This document shows positions 1 through 8,481 of a stretch of DNA of 64,000 nt, piece by piece. Both the position numbers and the translations under genes were made by a program. Below the pieces are notes generated by a model. That model was not told the DNA's origin, did no database searches, and was given only the letters and a program-made list of their open reading frames with translations. Origin of the DNA: Gemmatimonadota bacterium (GTDB lineage: Bacteria > Gemmatimonadota > Gemmatimonadetes > Gemmatimonadales > GWC2-71-9); the NCBI GenBank assembly GCA_039933845.1, contig JBDTNH010000001.1:5426-69425 (forward strand), given 5' to 3'. The stretch's first letter is position 1, and each line of letters begins with the position of its first letter.

Positions 1-150
1 CAGTGTGCCGAAGAAGGTGCGATGCAGCGACCACTGCGCCAACGAGATCCGGAACGGCTCGGGGACGGTGGGGCGGGCGCTGAGCGCGCCGGGGAAGGTC
101 GACGCCGCGGTCGCCGCGGCGGCGGCTCCGATGAATGTCCGTCGGTGCAT
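1..150 (-). CDS. Partial CDS (N-terminus only, continues past window start): Tat-signal protein, sugar phosphate isomerase/epimerase-like
   Basis: Not in the ORF track because it runs off the window. The reverse complement of 1..150 reads MHRRTFIGAAAAATAASTFPGALSARPTVPEPFRISLAQWSLHRTFFGTL. It has a twin-arginine motif (RRTFI) plus an Ala-rich h-region. ISLAQWSLHR resembles N-termini of xylose-isomerase-like TIM-barrel proteins. GGGAGG lies 7 nt upstream of the ATG at 150-148. Confidence 0.5.
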   Translation of the reverse strand, partial: MHRRTFIGAAAAATAASTFPGALSARPTVPEPFRISLAQWSLHRTFFGTL

Positions 151-184
151 CACACAGCCTCCCTCGGAAGGTCATCGCCATGGC

Positions 185-691
185 TCACGGGGCACCACCT
201 GGGTCAGGGCGAGAGCGCCGCATCCGGGTAAAAGGATAGCCGCTACAGCCCGTCCGAGGATGCGCAGTGTCCGCACCGGTCGCCGCCCGTGCGGCCGCCT
301 CGCTCGGCGCATTCCAGGTGACGAGGCAGAACGCCCAGCTCCAGCCGTCCTCACCGGACAGCAGCACCCAGTCGATCCGATCGTACCGGCCTGCATCGGC
401 AACGTTCGCGGAATCATTGCGGGCGATCAGGAATCGTGATGTGGCATTCCACTCAGTCACACGGTATCGATTCGCCGTGCCGTGTCGCCAGAGGGAGTCA
501 TCGATCTGGTGGCGCGTACCATAGTCATCGACGAACCCACCGCGCAGGATGCTCGGCGCCGTGAGCTGAACGTCGCGGTGACAGGCAGCGGCGACCAGTG
601 CACCCAGCCCGATGATAACGATCGCGGGGGTGCAACGGAGTAGACTTGACGTCGAGGCGGCAATCCCCAACCGAGATCCGGGAGCGGGCAT
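185..691 (-). CDS. Hypothetical lipoprotein
   Basis: 3' part of ORF 185..1117. ATG 691 (alternative TTG 670) gives MPAPGSRLGIAASTSSLLRCTPAIVIIGLGALVAAAC, a signal peptide with a lipobox-like Cys. The upstream part of the ORF is antisense to the fucosidase gene and was discarded. No family recognised. The start is uncertain because ATG 691-689 and the fucosidase ATG 690-692 share one CATG. Confidence 0.45.
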   Translation of the reverse strand: MPAPGSRLGIAASTSSLLRCTPAIVIIGLGALVAAACHRDVQLTAPSILRGGFVDDYGTRHQIDDSLWRHGTANRYRVTEWNATSRFLIARNDSANVADAGRYDRIDWVLLSGEDGWSWAFCLVTWNAPSEAAARAATGADTAHPRTGCSGYPFTRMRRSRPDPGGAP

Positions 692-2084
692 GACCAAGAA
701 ATCTGGCGGCATCGGGCGCAGGGACAAGTGTGGACGACGTGAATTCCTGGCGACGGCCGCGGCGATGGCCGCCCTGCCCACGGTCGCCCACCTCCCGCGT
801 CGCCTGCGACCGGTCCCCACCCCCCAACAACTCGCCTGGCAGCGCGACGAGCTCGCGATGTTCATCCACTTCGGGGTCAACACCTTCAGCAATCGCGAGT
901 GGGGCGATGGCACCGAGGACCCCACGAGCTTTGCGCCGACATCCCTCGACGCGAGACAGTGGGCCCGCACGGCGCACGCGGCGGGGTTTCGCGCCATGAT
1001 CCTTACGGCCAAGCACCACGACGGCTTCTGTCTCTGGCCAACCGCGACCACGCAACATTCGGTCGCAAACTCGCCGTTCCGTGGTGGCGCAGGGGATGTG
1101 GTTGGCGAGTTCGTCACCGCCTGCCGGAGCGAGGGCCTGCGGGTCGGCCTCTATCTCTCGCCATGGGACCAGAACGCGACAAGTTACGGGGATTCTCCTC
1201 GCTACAACGATTTCTATCTCGCACAGCTGACGGAGTTGCTCACCCGCTATGGTCGGATTCACGAGGTCTGGTTCGACGGCGCCAATGGCGAGGGTCCCAA
1301 TGGCAAGCGGCAACGCTACGACTGGCCCAGCGTCTGGCGCACAGTCCGCCGGTTGCAACCCGAGGCGGTGATCTTCTCCGATGCCGGCCCCGACCTCCGC
1401 TGGATCGGCAATGAACGCGGGGCTGCCGGTGAGACCAATTGGTCGACGGTTGACCCTTCGGTGGTCACCGAGCCTGGGATGTCGGGTCAGGTGGTGATGC
1501 GGCAATTGCAGGAAGGCGACCCCACCGGCACCGTCTGGCGCCCAGGTGAGACCGACGTCTCGATCCGCCCAGGGTGGTTCTGGCATCCGGCTGAAGATGG
1601 GAAGGTTCGCTCGACGGACGACCTCGTCGACCTCTACTTCAGCTCCGTCGGGCGCAACAGCAAGTTGCTGCTCAACGTGCCCCCCACGGGGGCCGGACTG
1701 CTGCACGAGACCGATGTCACGCGGCTGCTCGCCATGCACGAGCGCCTCGGAACGATCTTCGGCACACCGTTGACCGGATCCAACATGTCGTGGCAGTCGA
1801 CCGGGGCGACGAGTGGATCTGCCCTGCTCGATGGGCTCCCGGCAGGGTCGCATATCGAGGTGATCGATCTGCAAGAGCAGATCACCATGGGTCAGCGGGT
1901 GGCGCGATACGTCGTCGAGGCGCGCGACAACGGCAAGTGGGAAGAGGTCGCGCGTGGCACGACGATTGGCTATCGTCGACTCCACCGGATCGAACCGCGC
2001 CGCGTTTCCGGACTCCGACTCCGACTCATCGAGACCGTCGACCAACCGCTACCCGTCGCGATCCGCACGTACCGAGCCGGTTAG
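690..2084 (+). CDS. Alpha-L-fucosidase (GH29), Tat/Sec-exported
   Basis: ORF 612..2084. ATG 690 is preceded by GGGAG. Signal RREFLATAAAMAALP. GH29-type motifs FIHFGVNTF, TAKHHDGFCLWPT, YLSPWD and EVWFDGA. Confidence 0.85.
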   Translation: MTKKSGGIGRRDKCGRREFLATAAAMAALPTVAHLPRRLRPVPTPQQLAWQRDELAMFIHFGVNTFSNREWGDGTEDPTSFAPTSLDARQWARTAHAAGFRAMILTAKHHDGFCLWPTATTQHSVANSPFRGGAGDVVGEFVTACRSEGLRVGLYLSPWDQNATSYGDSPRYNDFYLAQLTELLTRYGRIHEVWFDGANGEGPNGKRQRYDWPSVWRTVRRLQPEAVIFSDAGPDLRWIGNERGAAGETNWSTVDPSVVTEPGMSGQVVMRQLQEGDPTGTVWRPGETDVSIRPGWFWHPAEDGKVRSTDDLVDLYFSSVGRNSKLLLNVPPTGAGLLHETDVTRLLAMHERLGTIFGTPLTGSNMSWQSTGATSGSALLDGLPAGSHIEVIDLQEQITMGQRVARYVVEARDNGKWEEVARGTTIGYRRLHRIEPRRVSGLRLRLIETVDQPLPVAIRTYRAG

Positions 2085-2089
2085 CCGCA

Positions 2090-2299
2090 TCACTCCTCCG
2101 CATCGGTGCCGATCTGCAGCGTCTTGCACGCCTCTATCGCCGCGGCCTCCTCGTCATCCGGCACCCAGATGCTGGGGAACGGCCCGGTGGGGATCGCCAT
2201 CAGGTCACCCTGCACCACGGCGTCGATTCCGACGTTGCGGAGCTCGCTGCATACCAAGTCGGCCTCGACCTTGTTCTGTGCCACATAGACTTGCTTCAT
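2090..2299 (-). CDS. DUF2007-like small protein (putative signal-transducing protein fold)
   Basis: ORF 2090..2326, internal ATG at 2299. MKQVYVAQNKVEADLVCSELRNVGIDAVVQGD... matches the typical DUF2007 N-terminal pattern. Confidence 0.55.
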   Translation of the reverse strand: MKQVYVAQNKVEADLVCSELRNVGIDAVVQGDLMAIPTGPFPSIWVPDDEEAAAIEACKTLQIGTDAEE

Positions 2300-2353
2300 C
2301 TCGACCCCCGAATGTGTGCAGCTCAACCGCCATGACGTAAGGGATATCCCGAC

Positions 2354-3952
2354 CTAACGCACCACCCGGACACTCTGTCCCGAACCGGGGCCACGTGCTC
2401 CCTGCTCATCGAGCGCGACTCGGCCATTCACCACCACCGCGGTGATCCCGGTCGGATACTGGTAGGGCTCGGCGAACGTCGCGCGGTCGGTCACGGCCCC
2501 GGCGTCAAACACGACGACGTCGGCGGCCAGTCCGGTGGCGAGGCGCCCTCGATCCCGGATCCCGCAGCGTGCCGCCGGGAATCCCGACATCTTGTGCACG
2601 GCCTGCTCGAGTGTGATGGCGTGCCGTTCACGCACATAGCGACCGAGCACGCGCGGGAAACTGCCGATCCCACGAGGGTGGGGCGTGCCACGTCGCGTCG
2701 GACCATCGATGGCGAAGGCGCCACCGTCGCTGCAAATCATCCCCCGCGGATGGGCGAAGAGTCGGTCGAGATTGTCCTCGCTCATCGCGAATCCGACCAT
2801 CCCGATATTCGCACCATTCCGTCGGAAGAGATCCGCCGTGTAATCGTACGGTGCCATCCCCTTGGTCGCCGCGTGCGTCCCGAGCCGCTGTCCTTCGACA
2901 TCGCGATCCTCACGACCGCGCACGCTGGTCACCTGCACATTGTCCCAGCCACCGATCAGTTCGATCTTCGCGAGCACCGCCTCCTTGACGCGTGGCCCAT
3001 CGGCGGGGTCATCGATCCGACTGAGCATCGCGCTGAGGCCCCCGTCGCGACTCCAGATCGGGAAGAGGGATGTGAGGCCGGTGGAGTACGCCACATACGG
3101 GTATCGATCGAAAGCGACATCGAGGCCTTCCACATTGGCACGATCGATCGCCGCGAACGCCGCGTCGAGCTTCGACCAGTTGCGGGGACCCTGCATCTTG
3201 AGATGCGAAATCTGGAGCGCACACCCTGCGCCGCGCGCCACCGTCATCGCCTCGGCGATCGATTCGAGGACGCGGTCGTCCTCGTTGCGCATATGCGTGG
3301 CATAACAGAGCCCGGTCCCGGCGAGCGGACGACAGAGCGCCACCAACTCGGCGGTGTCCGCGAAGCCGCCCGGTGTGTATTCGAGGCCGGACGATGCGCC
3401 ACACGCCCCGGCCCGAAGTGCGACGGCCACGCGCTCGGTCATCGCCTCGAGTTGTGATGCCGTCGCCTGCTGCCGCATGGGGCCAACCTCGACACCGCGC
3501 ACCATCCCGAGCCCGACCATCGAGGCGAGGTTCGCACCTGGCCGCAACGAGTCGATGCGATCAAAGAAGGCAGCCAAGTCGCTCTCGGAATCGCCATCGG
3601 CCCCGACCACGATCGTGGTGAGACCCTGGCGAACCACCGACTCGAGTCGCGGGTCCTCGTCGACCGACCCGTCGCCGTGCGAATGGATGTCGATGAAGCC
3701 AGGCGCGACGACCTTGCCTCGTGCATCGATCTCGCGGTCACCACGATCCGTGATGCGATCGGCGATCTGCACGATCCGATCGCCGTCAATCGCAATATCG
3801 GCAAGGCGTCCCGGCGCGCCGGTGCCATCGACCAGCAGGCCGCCGCGGATGACGAGGTCGTATTGGCGACGAGCGAACACCGCGGGCGCGTGAACGAGCC
3901 CCGCGAGACCGAAGGCAGCGGAAGCCGTGAAGCTGCGACGTGTGAGGGTCAT
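2354..3952 (-). CDS. D-aminoacylase (N-acyl-D-amino-acid deacylase), amidohydrolase superfamily
   Basis: 532 aa. Signal MTLTRRSFTASAAFGLAGLV. Metal-binding motif GFIDIHSHGD. Family-typical length and C-terminal VVNGRV segment. Confidence 0.8.
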   Translation of the reverse strand: MTLTRRSFTASAAFGLAGLVHAPAVFARRQYDLVIRGGLLVDGTGAPGRLADIAIDGDRIVQIADRITDRGDREIDARGKVVAPGFIDIHSHGDGSVDEDPRLESVVRQGLTTIVVGADGDSESDLAAFFDRIDSLRPGANLASMVGLGMVRGVEVGPMRQQATASQLEAMTERVAVALRAGACGASSGLEYTPGGFADTAELVALCRPLAGTGLCYATHMRNEDDRVLESIAEAMTVARGAGCALQISHLKMQGPRNWSKLDAAFAAIDRANVEGLDVAFDRYPYVAYSTGLTSLFPIWSRDGGLSAMLSRIDDPADGPRVKEAVLAKIELIGGWDNVQVTSVRGREDRDVEGQRLGTHAATKGMAPYDYTADLFRRNGANIGMVGFAMSEDNLDRLFAHPRGMICSDGGAFAIDGPTRRGTPHPRGIGSFPRVLGRYVRERHAITLEQAVHKMSGFPAARCGIRDRGRLATGLAADVVVFDAGAVTDRATFAEPYQYPTGITAVVVNGRVALDEQGARGPGSGQSVRVVR

Positions 3953-3967
3953 GCGAGGTCCTCCAAC

Positions 3968-5605
3968 TCAGTTGGCCTGCGACGTGACGTAGTAGTTCTC
4001 GTCGACGATGAATGTCCCCTCGACGGGCAGGGCCAGCTCCTGCCAAGTGGTATTCGGGTGCAGGCGCTGCACTGTGCCCGGAGCGGTGACGACATCGACG
4101 GGCATGTCGAAGCCGGGAACCACATGCTGCCACCGATACCGGACACCGGTTGCGGTGCGTTCGTGTTCAAGTGACGGAATGTCGGTCGTCGTGAGATACT
4201 GTTCGAACACCTTCGAGAGATCGATCCCCGCGTGCGCCGAGATGTAGGCCTGGACCTCAGCACCGGTGGTGACGCGGTGACGAAAGGTCAGTTGGAGGCC
4301 GCGCAGGATCTCCCGCCACCGAGCGTCGTCCCCCACGATCTGGCGGATCGTGTGCAGCATGTTGCCGCCCTTGGGATACATGTCACCCGAGCCCTGTGCG
4401 TTCACGCCATAGGCCGGGATCACCGGACGATCGTTCCGGATCCCCTTGCGTGTTCCGATCACGTAGCGCGCACCGGCCGCTTTCCCGGACCGGCACTCCT
4501 CAAAGAGGTTCTCCGCGTAGTTCGCGAAGGACTCATGCACCCACATGTCGGCGAGATCAGGCGTCGTGATGCTGTTGCCCCACCACTCATGCGCACTCTC
4601 GTGCACGATGATGAAGTCCCACTCGAGCCCGAGCCCGGTGCCCGAGCCATCACGTCCGCCGTAGCCATTGGCGAAACCGTTCCCGTAGGTGACGGCCGAC
4701 TGGTGTTCCATGCCGGGATAGGTCACGTCGATGAGTTTGTAGCCGTCGGTGTACCACGGGTATGGCCCGAACCAATGCTCGAAGCAGGCCATCATCGGTC
4801 GGGCCTGCACCCACTGCCGGCGTGCCGCGGCCTCGTGATAGTCGAGCGGGAAGAAATCGAGGGTGAGCGGACCCGCCTCGCCATCATAGGTCTCGTGCCA
4901 GTGCACGTAGTGCCCAAGGTTGAGGGCAATCGCGTAGTTGTTGATCGGGTCGTTCACGAACCAGGTACGGGTCGTCCAGCCACCTGCGGTCGTGTCGGAC
5001 TCGAGCCGTCCCGGGCCGACGTAGGTGCCCACCTCGGCTGGCAGGTGGACCGTGACGCGCAGCGAATCGGGTTCGTCGGACTGGGTGTCCTTGTTGGGCC
5101 ACCAGATGCTGGCGCCGACACCCTGATCAGTGGTGACGACCCAAGCGCGCCCGAGCGAGTCGGTCGACCATGAAACTCCGCCGTCCCAGGGCGGACGCGG
5201 TGCGATGGTCGGATGCCCGGAATAGAAGACCGTGATCGCATCGGGCCCGGAACGATTGTTGGTCATACCCGAGACGAAATGCGCGGCACCATCGTCGCGC
5301 CATCGGAGGAGCCGCCCGGACTGGACGACGCTATCGATCTGGAGGGGGGCCTTGAGATCAATCTGCATCTCGCGGCCCGGCGCCGTGGCGCGGTAGACGA
5401 TCGTCGTGGAACCCGAGAGCGAGCTGTCGACCGGATTCACTCGCACGTCGAGATGGTAGTAGGTCACGTCCCACCAGGAGCGGCCCGGCGTGTTCCACGC
5501 CCCACGCAGGGTGTCGGCCCGGGAGAACTGGGCTTGGGAAACACCGAGTGGCAGCACAACCACTGCAACCAGGAGCGGAACCGACCAGCGTCGAATGGGA
5601 CTCAC
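3968..5605 (-). CDS. M1-family zinc metallopeptidase (aminopeptidase N-like), secreted
   Basis: Signal peptide MSPIRRWSVPLLVAVVVLPLGVSQA. Gluzincin signature HESAH-x18-E (VHESAHEWWGN...WVHESFANY). The GTG start overlaps the upstream stop (GTGA at 5602-5605). Confidence 0.85.
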   Translation of the reverse strand: MSPIRRWSVPLLVAVVVLPLGVSQAQFSRADTLRGAWNTPGRSWWDVTYYHLDVRVNPVDSSLSGSTTIVYRATAPGREMQIDLKAPLQIDSVVQSGRLLRWRDDGAAHFVSGMTNNRSGPDAITVFYSGHPTIAPRPPWDGGVSWSTDSLGRAWVVTTDQGVGASIWWPNKDTQSDEPDSLRVTVHLPAEVGTYVGPGRLESDTTAGGWTTRTWFVNDPINNYAIALNLGHYVHWHETYDGEAGPLTLDFFPLDYHEAAARRQWVQARPMMACFEHWFGPYPWYTDGYKLIDVTYPGMEHQSAVTYGNGFANGYGGRDGSGTGLGLEWDFIIVHESAHEWWGNSITTPDLADMWVHESFANYAENLFEECRSGKAAGARYVIGTRKGIRNDRPVIPAYGVNAQGSGDMYPKGGNMLHTIRQIVGDDARWREILRGLQLTFRHRVTTGAEVQAYISAHAGIDLSKVFEQYLTTTDIPSLEHERTATGVRYRWQHVVPGFDMPVDVVTAPGTVQRLHPNTTWQELALPVEGTFIVDENYYVTSQAN

Positions 5606-5895
5606 GAGAGCTCACCGGATGGAGGAAGTGTGCGATCCTTCCAGCGCCACCACTTGAGTAGCTCCGGATCAGGATCGGGGGTGCGGGCGAAATAGACCGC
5701 ACATCGAAAGACATAGAGCACGCACGGATCCTGTCGGTGCCCAGTCCTGGCCTCGAGGCGACGATACATCGTCTCGGGATCGGCCGAACAGAGCTCGGAC
5801 GGTTGGTGGTAGCCCAGCAAGCGAAGATCGCCTGCCAGCGAAGGTCCGATGCCCGGAATCACCTGAAGCGGGTCGGGAGAATGACGGCGTGGCAT
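5602..5895 (-). CDS. Helix-hairpin-helix protein, Cdd1/pathogenicity-locus-like
   Basis: 97 aa. LQVIPGIGPSLAGDLRLLGY (HhH) followed by DPCVLYVFRCAVYFA, a pattern I associate with PF11731-type proteins. Confidence 0.5.
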   Translation of the reverse strand: MPRRHSPDPLQVIPGIGPSLAGDLRLLGYHQPSELCSADPETMYRRLEARTGHRQDPCVLYVFRCAVYFARTPDPDPELLKWWRWKDRTLPPSGELS

Positions 5896-5937
5896 GCCTG
5901 AATCTACCGCGCTCGCGCTCGGACGACGCGGTCGGCC

Positions 5938-6414
5938 TTAGCGCCGCCCGAGCACAAAGAACACCCCATCCCAGGGTGCCAGAACCGTATCGGGATGGAT
6001 CACGATGAGCGAACCGCCGAACGCCGTCCAGGGTGCCCCATCGCACAGGACGTCAAGAACCGTGCTGGCCGGCTCCCGCAGTGGCAGCGTGCCGGGCGCC
6101 AGGCGAAACGACCAGCGGATCGAATCACTCTGGACCAGCGACTCGCTGTAGCTGGGTAGCGCGCACCGAGTGTCCGTTTCGACGGCGGCAGAGTCCGAGA
6201 TCGTCAGGGTCCGGCCATCCCAGGACGCGGCTTGCGCGTCGGTCATCGCGCTGATGCCGGGGATCAGGTGGCGTGCCACCACCCATGTCCCTTGCGCCCA
6301 CTCTGGAGGAGGCATGCGCATGCCGACGTCGGGAGTAGGCGGCTCCTCACGCGTATCAGCGCAGGCGCTGACAACCACGAGGACCGCGAGCGTGATCGAG
6401 CGGACCGGTCTCAC
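5938..6414 (-). CDS. Hypothetical lipoprotein
   Basis: MRPVRSITLAVLVVVSAC lipobox. The GTG start overlaps the stop of the upstream GNAT gene (GTGA 6411-6414). No family recognised. Confidence 0.5.
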   Translation of the reverse strand: MRPVRSITLAVLVVVSACADTREEPPTPDVGMRMPPPEWAQGTWVVARHLIPGISAMTDAQAASWDGRTLTISDSAAVETDTRCALPSYSESLVQSDSIRWSFRLAPGTLPLREPASTVLDVLCDGAPWTAFGGSLIVIHPDTVLAPWDGVFFVLGRR

Positions 6415-6908
6415 GGTTTGCCGTCGTGTGGCGGTGAATGTGCAAGCAGCCGTTTCATCCCGACATGCGACGCCACGAAGCCGAGTCGCTCGTAGAATCG
6501 GTGCGCGTCAATCCGACTGCGGTCGGTCGTCAGTTGGACAGTGGCGCATCCGCGAGCCTCCGCTCGTGCCACCGCCCATTCGACCAATTGCGCACCGAGC
6601 CCGAGTGACCGCGCCTGGCGCGCGATCCGGACGCCCTCGATGGTGGCCCGCCACGCGCCGCGCCGCGAAATGGAGGGAGTGAACGTGAGTTGGAGGGTCC
6701 CGATCACGGTGCCGACTGCCTGACAGGCCACCACAAGTTCGTTGTTGGCATCGGCAGAGATCGCCTCGAAGGCAGTGCGATACGCTGGAGAGACGGGGTC
6801 AGACACAACCTCGCGTGTCGCACCCAGGGGATCGTCGGCGAGCATCGCAACGATGGCCGCGAGGTCATCGAGGGTGGCTGGGCGGATCGTGATAGGGGCA
6901 ATGATCAT
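6411..6908 (-). CDS. GNAT family N-acetyltransferase
   Basis: 165 aa. GNAT motif A-like RRGAWRATIEGVRIARQARSLGLGAQLVEWAV and a C-terminal FYERLGF. Confidence 0.8.
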   Translation of the reverse strand: MIIAPITIRPATLDDLAAIVAMLADDPLGATREVVSDPVSPAYRTAFEAISADANNELVVACQAVGTVIGTLQLTFTPSISRRGAWRATIEGVRIARQARSLGLGAQLVEWAVARAEARGCATVQLTTDRSRIDAHRFYERLGFVASHVGMKRLLAHSPPHDGKP

Positions 6909-6982
6909 CAGAGAAGCATACCGCTGCGGGTGCCACCCCGGATTGGCTCCTGGGCGACACCCGCACGCAGTCGGCGCTCAGA

Positions 6983-7816
6983 TCAGCTGACCGTGATCTG
7001 CTTCGCCATCCCCTTCATCACGTGGGGTGTCCCGTCGGTCGGTGATGGCACAAAACAGACTATCGCGTAGGTGCCGGGTGTCAGGGTCACATGCCAGACA
7101 TTCGATCCTCCAACTGACAGTGCGCCGTTGCCACCCACGACCTCGCCGACCCGGTCATTCCCCGCCTTCACTTGGGCGAGGAACCCGTCGAGCGACATGC
7201 CCTCAGGCAATCGGATCATCACTGCCTCGTGGCCCTCGGTCCCGCCGTTCACGACTCGGATATTGTGGTCACCCGACGGTAGTGTATCGGGCATCTCGAA
7301 GCTAAAATCGACCAGTTTGATCTCGGCGTCGGCCTCGGGCATCACGGCGATCGTCCGCTCGCCGACAACCACGATCGGCTTCACCATGCCGAGCGCCATG
7401 TGGGGAGGGGCGTCAGGAGTGTCCTGTAGGAAGCAGGCCACGAGGTACAGCCCGGGGGTCAGATCGGAATAGGTGGAATTCTCCCCCCCGGCCATGATCG
7501 CGCCACCCCCGCCAACAGCCGTCATCCAGGCAGGCTGATAGTTCCCCTCCTTCACTGCGGCCATGTAGTCCACCATCGTCTTGCCGCTGTCGATCCGCAT
7601 CAGGATCGCGTGATGCGACTGCTTGCCGTCATCAATGATCCGGATCTTCGTGACCCCCGGGGCAACCGTATCGGGGGCCGCGAAGGTGTAGTCCGTCATA
7701 TGGATGGTGAGTTCCGCCGGCTCGGGCGGCGGCGCGGGGACATCCGGCTCGGCGGCCTTGGGAGCACAGGCGAGGACGGGCAGGATGGCGAGAAAGGTCA
7801 GGCGGCGAACGAACAC
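6983..7816 (-). CDS. Lipoprotein with two tandem cupredoxin-like domains (putative type-1 copper sites)
   Basis: Signal plus lipobox MFVRRLTFLAILPVLAC. Internal duplication: KIRIIDDGKQSHHAILMRI...GLYLVACFLQDTPDAPPHMALGMVKPIVV versus NIRVVNGGTEGHEAVMIRL...GTYAIVCFVPSPTDGTPHVMKGMAKQITV. Each copy has a His...Cys-x10-His-x4-Met pattern. Confidence 0.6.
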   Translation of the reverse strand: MFVRRLTFLAILPVLACAPKAAEPDVPAPPPEPAELTIHMTDYTFAAPDTVAPGVTKIRIIDDGKQSHHAILMRIDSGKTMVDYMAAVKEGNYQPAWMTAVGGGGAIMAGGENSTYSDLTPGLYLVACFLQDTPDAPPHMALGMVKPIVVVGERTIAVMPEADAEIKLVDFSFEMPDTLPSGDHNIRVVNGGTEGHEAVMIRLPEGMSLDGFLAQVKAGNDRVGEVVGGNGALSVGGSNVWHVTLTPGTYAIVCFVPSPTDGTPHVMKGMAKQITVS

Positions 7817-7899
7817 GGGACCTCCGAGGAATGGAGAGGGAGAAGATCATCCAAATCAACCGTTGACGATACGGGCTAGAGCCCGTCCCCGCCAGTGGG

Positions 7900-8481
7900 T
7901 CAGGTAGCTGCCTGGAGCCGAGCACGGACCGCCGGCCACTCGGACGCGAGGATGCTGTACATCACCGTGTCCCGGACCGAGCCATCACGCCGCACCTGGT
8001 GATGGCGAATCACCCCATCCCGCTGGGCGCCCAACCGTTCAATCGCCCGCTGGGATCGGAGGTTGAGCACATCGGTCCGAAGCCCGACCACCCCGCATTC
8101 CAATCCCTGGAAGGCATGATCCAGCAGGAGCAGCTTGCATGCGGTGTTCACATGAGTCCGCTGCGAGGTCGCGGCGTACCAGGTGTAGCCGATTTCCACC
8201 CGGTTGGCGGCGGGCACGATGTCGTGATACCGTGTGCTGCCCACGATCAGATCCGTAACGAGGTCGCGCACCGCCCATGGGAGCATGGTGCCTGCTGCAG
8301 CACCCGCGAGCGCGTCTTCGATGTAGCGCGTCACATCGTCCGGTCTGGGGACCGAGGTGTAGCCGAGTTCCGAGAGCGCGCCGTCGGCGCTGGCGCGCCC
8401 GAGACCTTCAGCGTGCGCCATCTCCAGCGGCTCAAGTCGGATACCACGACCTCCGAGGACAATCGGACGGAGTCGCTTCAC
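7900..8481 (-). CDS. GNAT family N-acetyltransferase (RimJ/RimL-like)
   Basis: ORF 7900..8583. GTG at 8481 overlaps the amidase stop (GTGA). IRLEPLEMAHAEGL and the C-terminal region DGVIRHHQVRRDGSVRDTVMYSIL are typical of the RimJ-like subgroup. Confidence 0.7.
   Translation of the reverse strand: MKRLRPIVLGGRGIRLEPLEMAHAEGLGRASADGALSELGYTSVPRPDDVTRYIEDALAGAAAGTMLPWAVRDLVTDLIVGSTRYHDIVPAANRVEIGYTWYAATSQRTHVNTACKLLLLDHAFQGLECGVVGLRTDVLNLRSQRAIERLGAQRDGVIRHHQVRRDGSVRDTVMYSILASEWPAVRARLQAAT

Noticed and set aside
2009-2025. Hexamer repeat GACTCC x2.8 inside the fucosidase gene
   Set aside because: It is in-frame and encodes RLRLRL. It is short and has a period that is a multiple of 3, so it is an unremarkable coding microrepeat.
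525-2045. 506-aa minus-strand ORF antisense to the fucosidase gene
   Set aside because: This is a shadow ORF typical of high-GC DNA. It is Arg/Gly/Pro-rich with no recognisable motif, and the plus-strand frame carries clear GH29 motifs. The same reasoning applies to 8277..10055, 10241..11698, 11941..13110, 12776..14182, 18043..19167, 21240..22766, 23451..25130, 25532..27166, 28286-31183 (plus-strand ORFs), 34189..35238, 35207..36280, 43406..45697 and 50636..51574.
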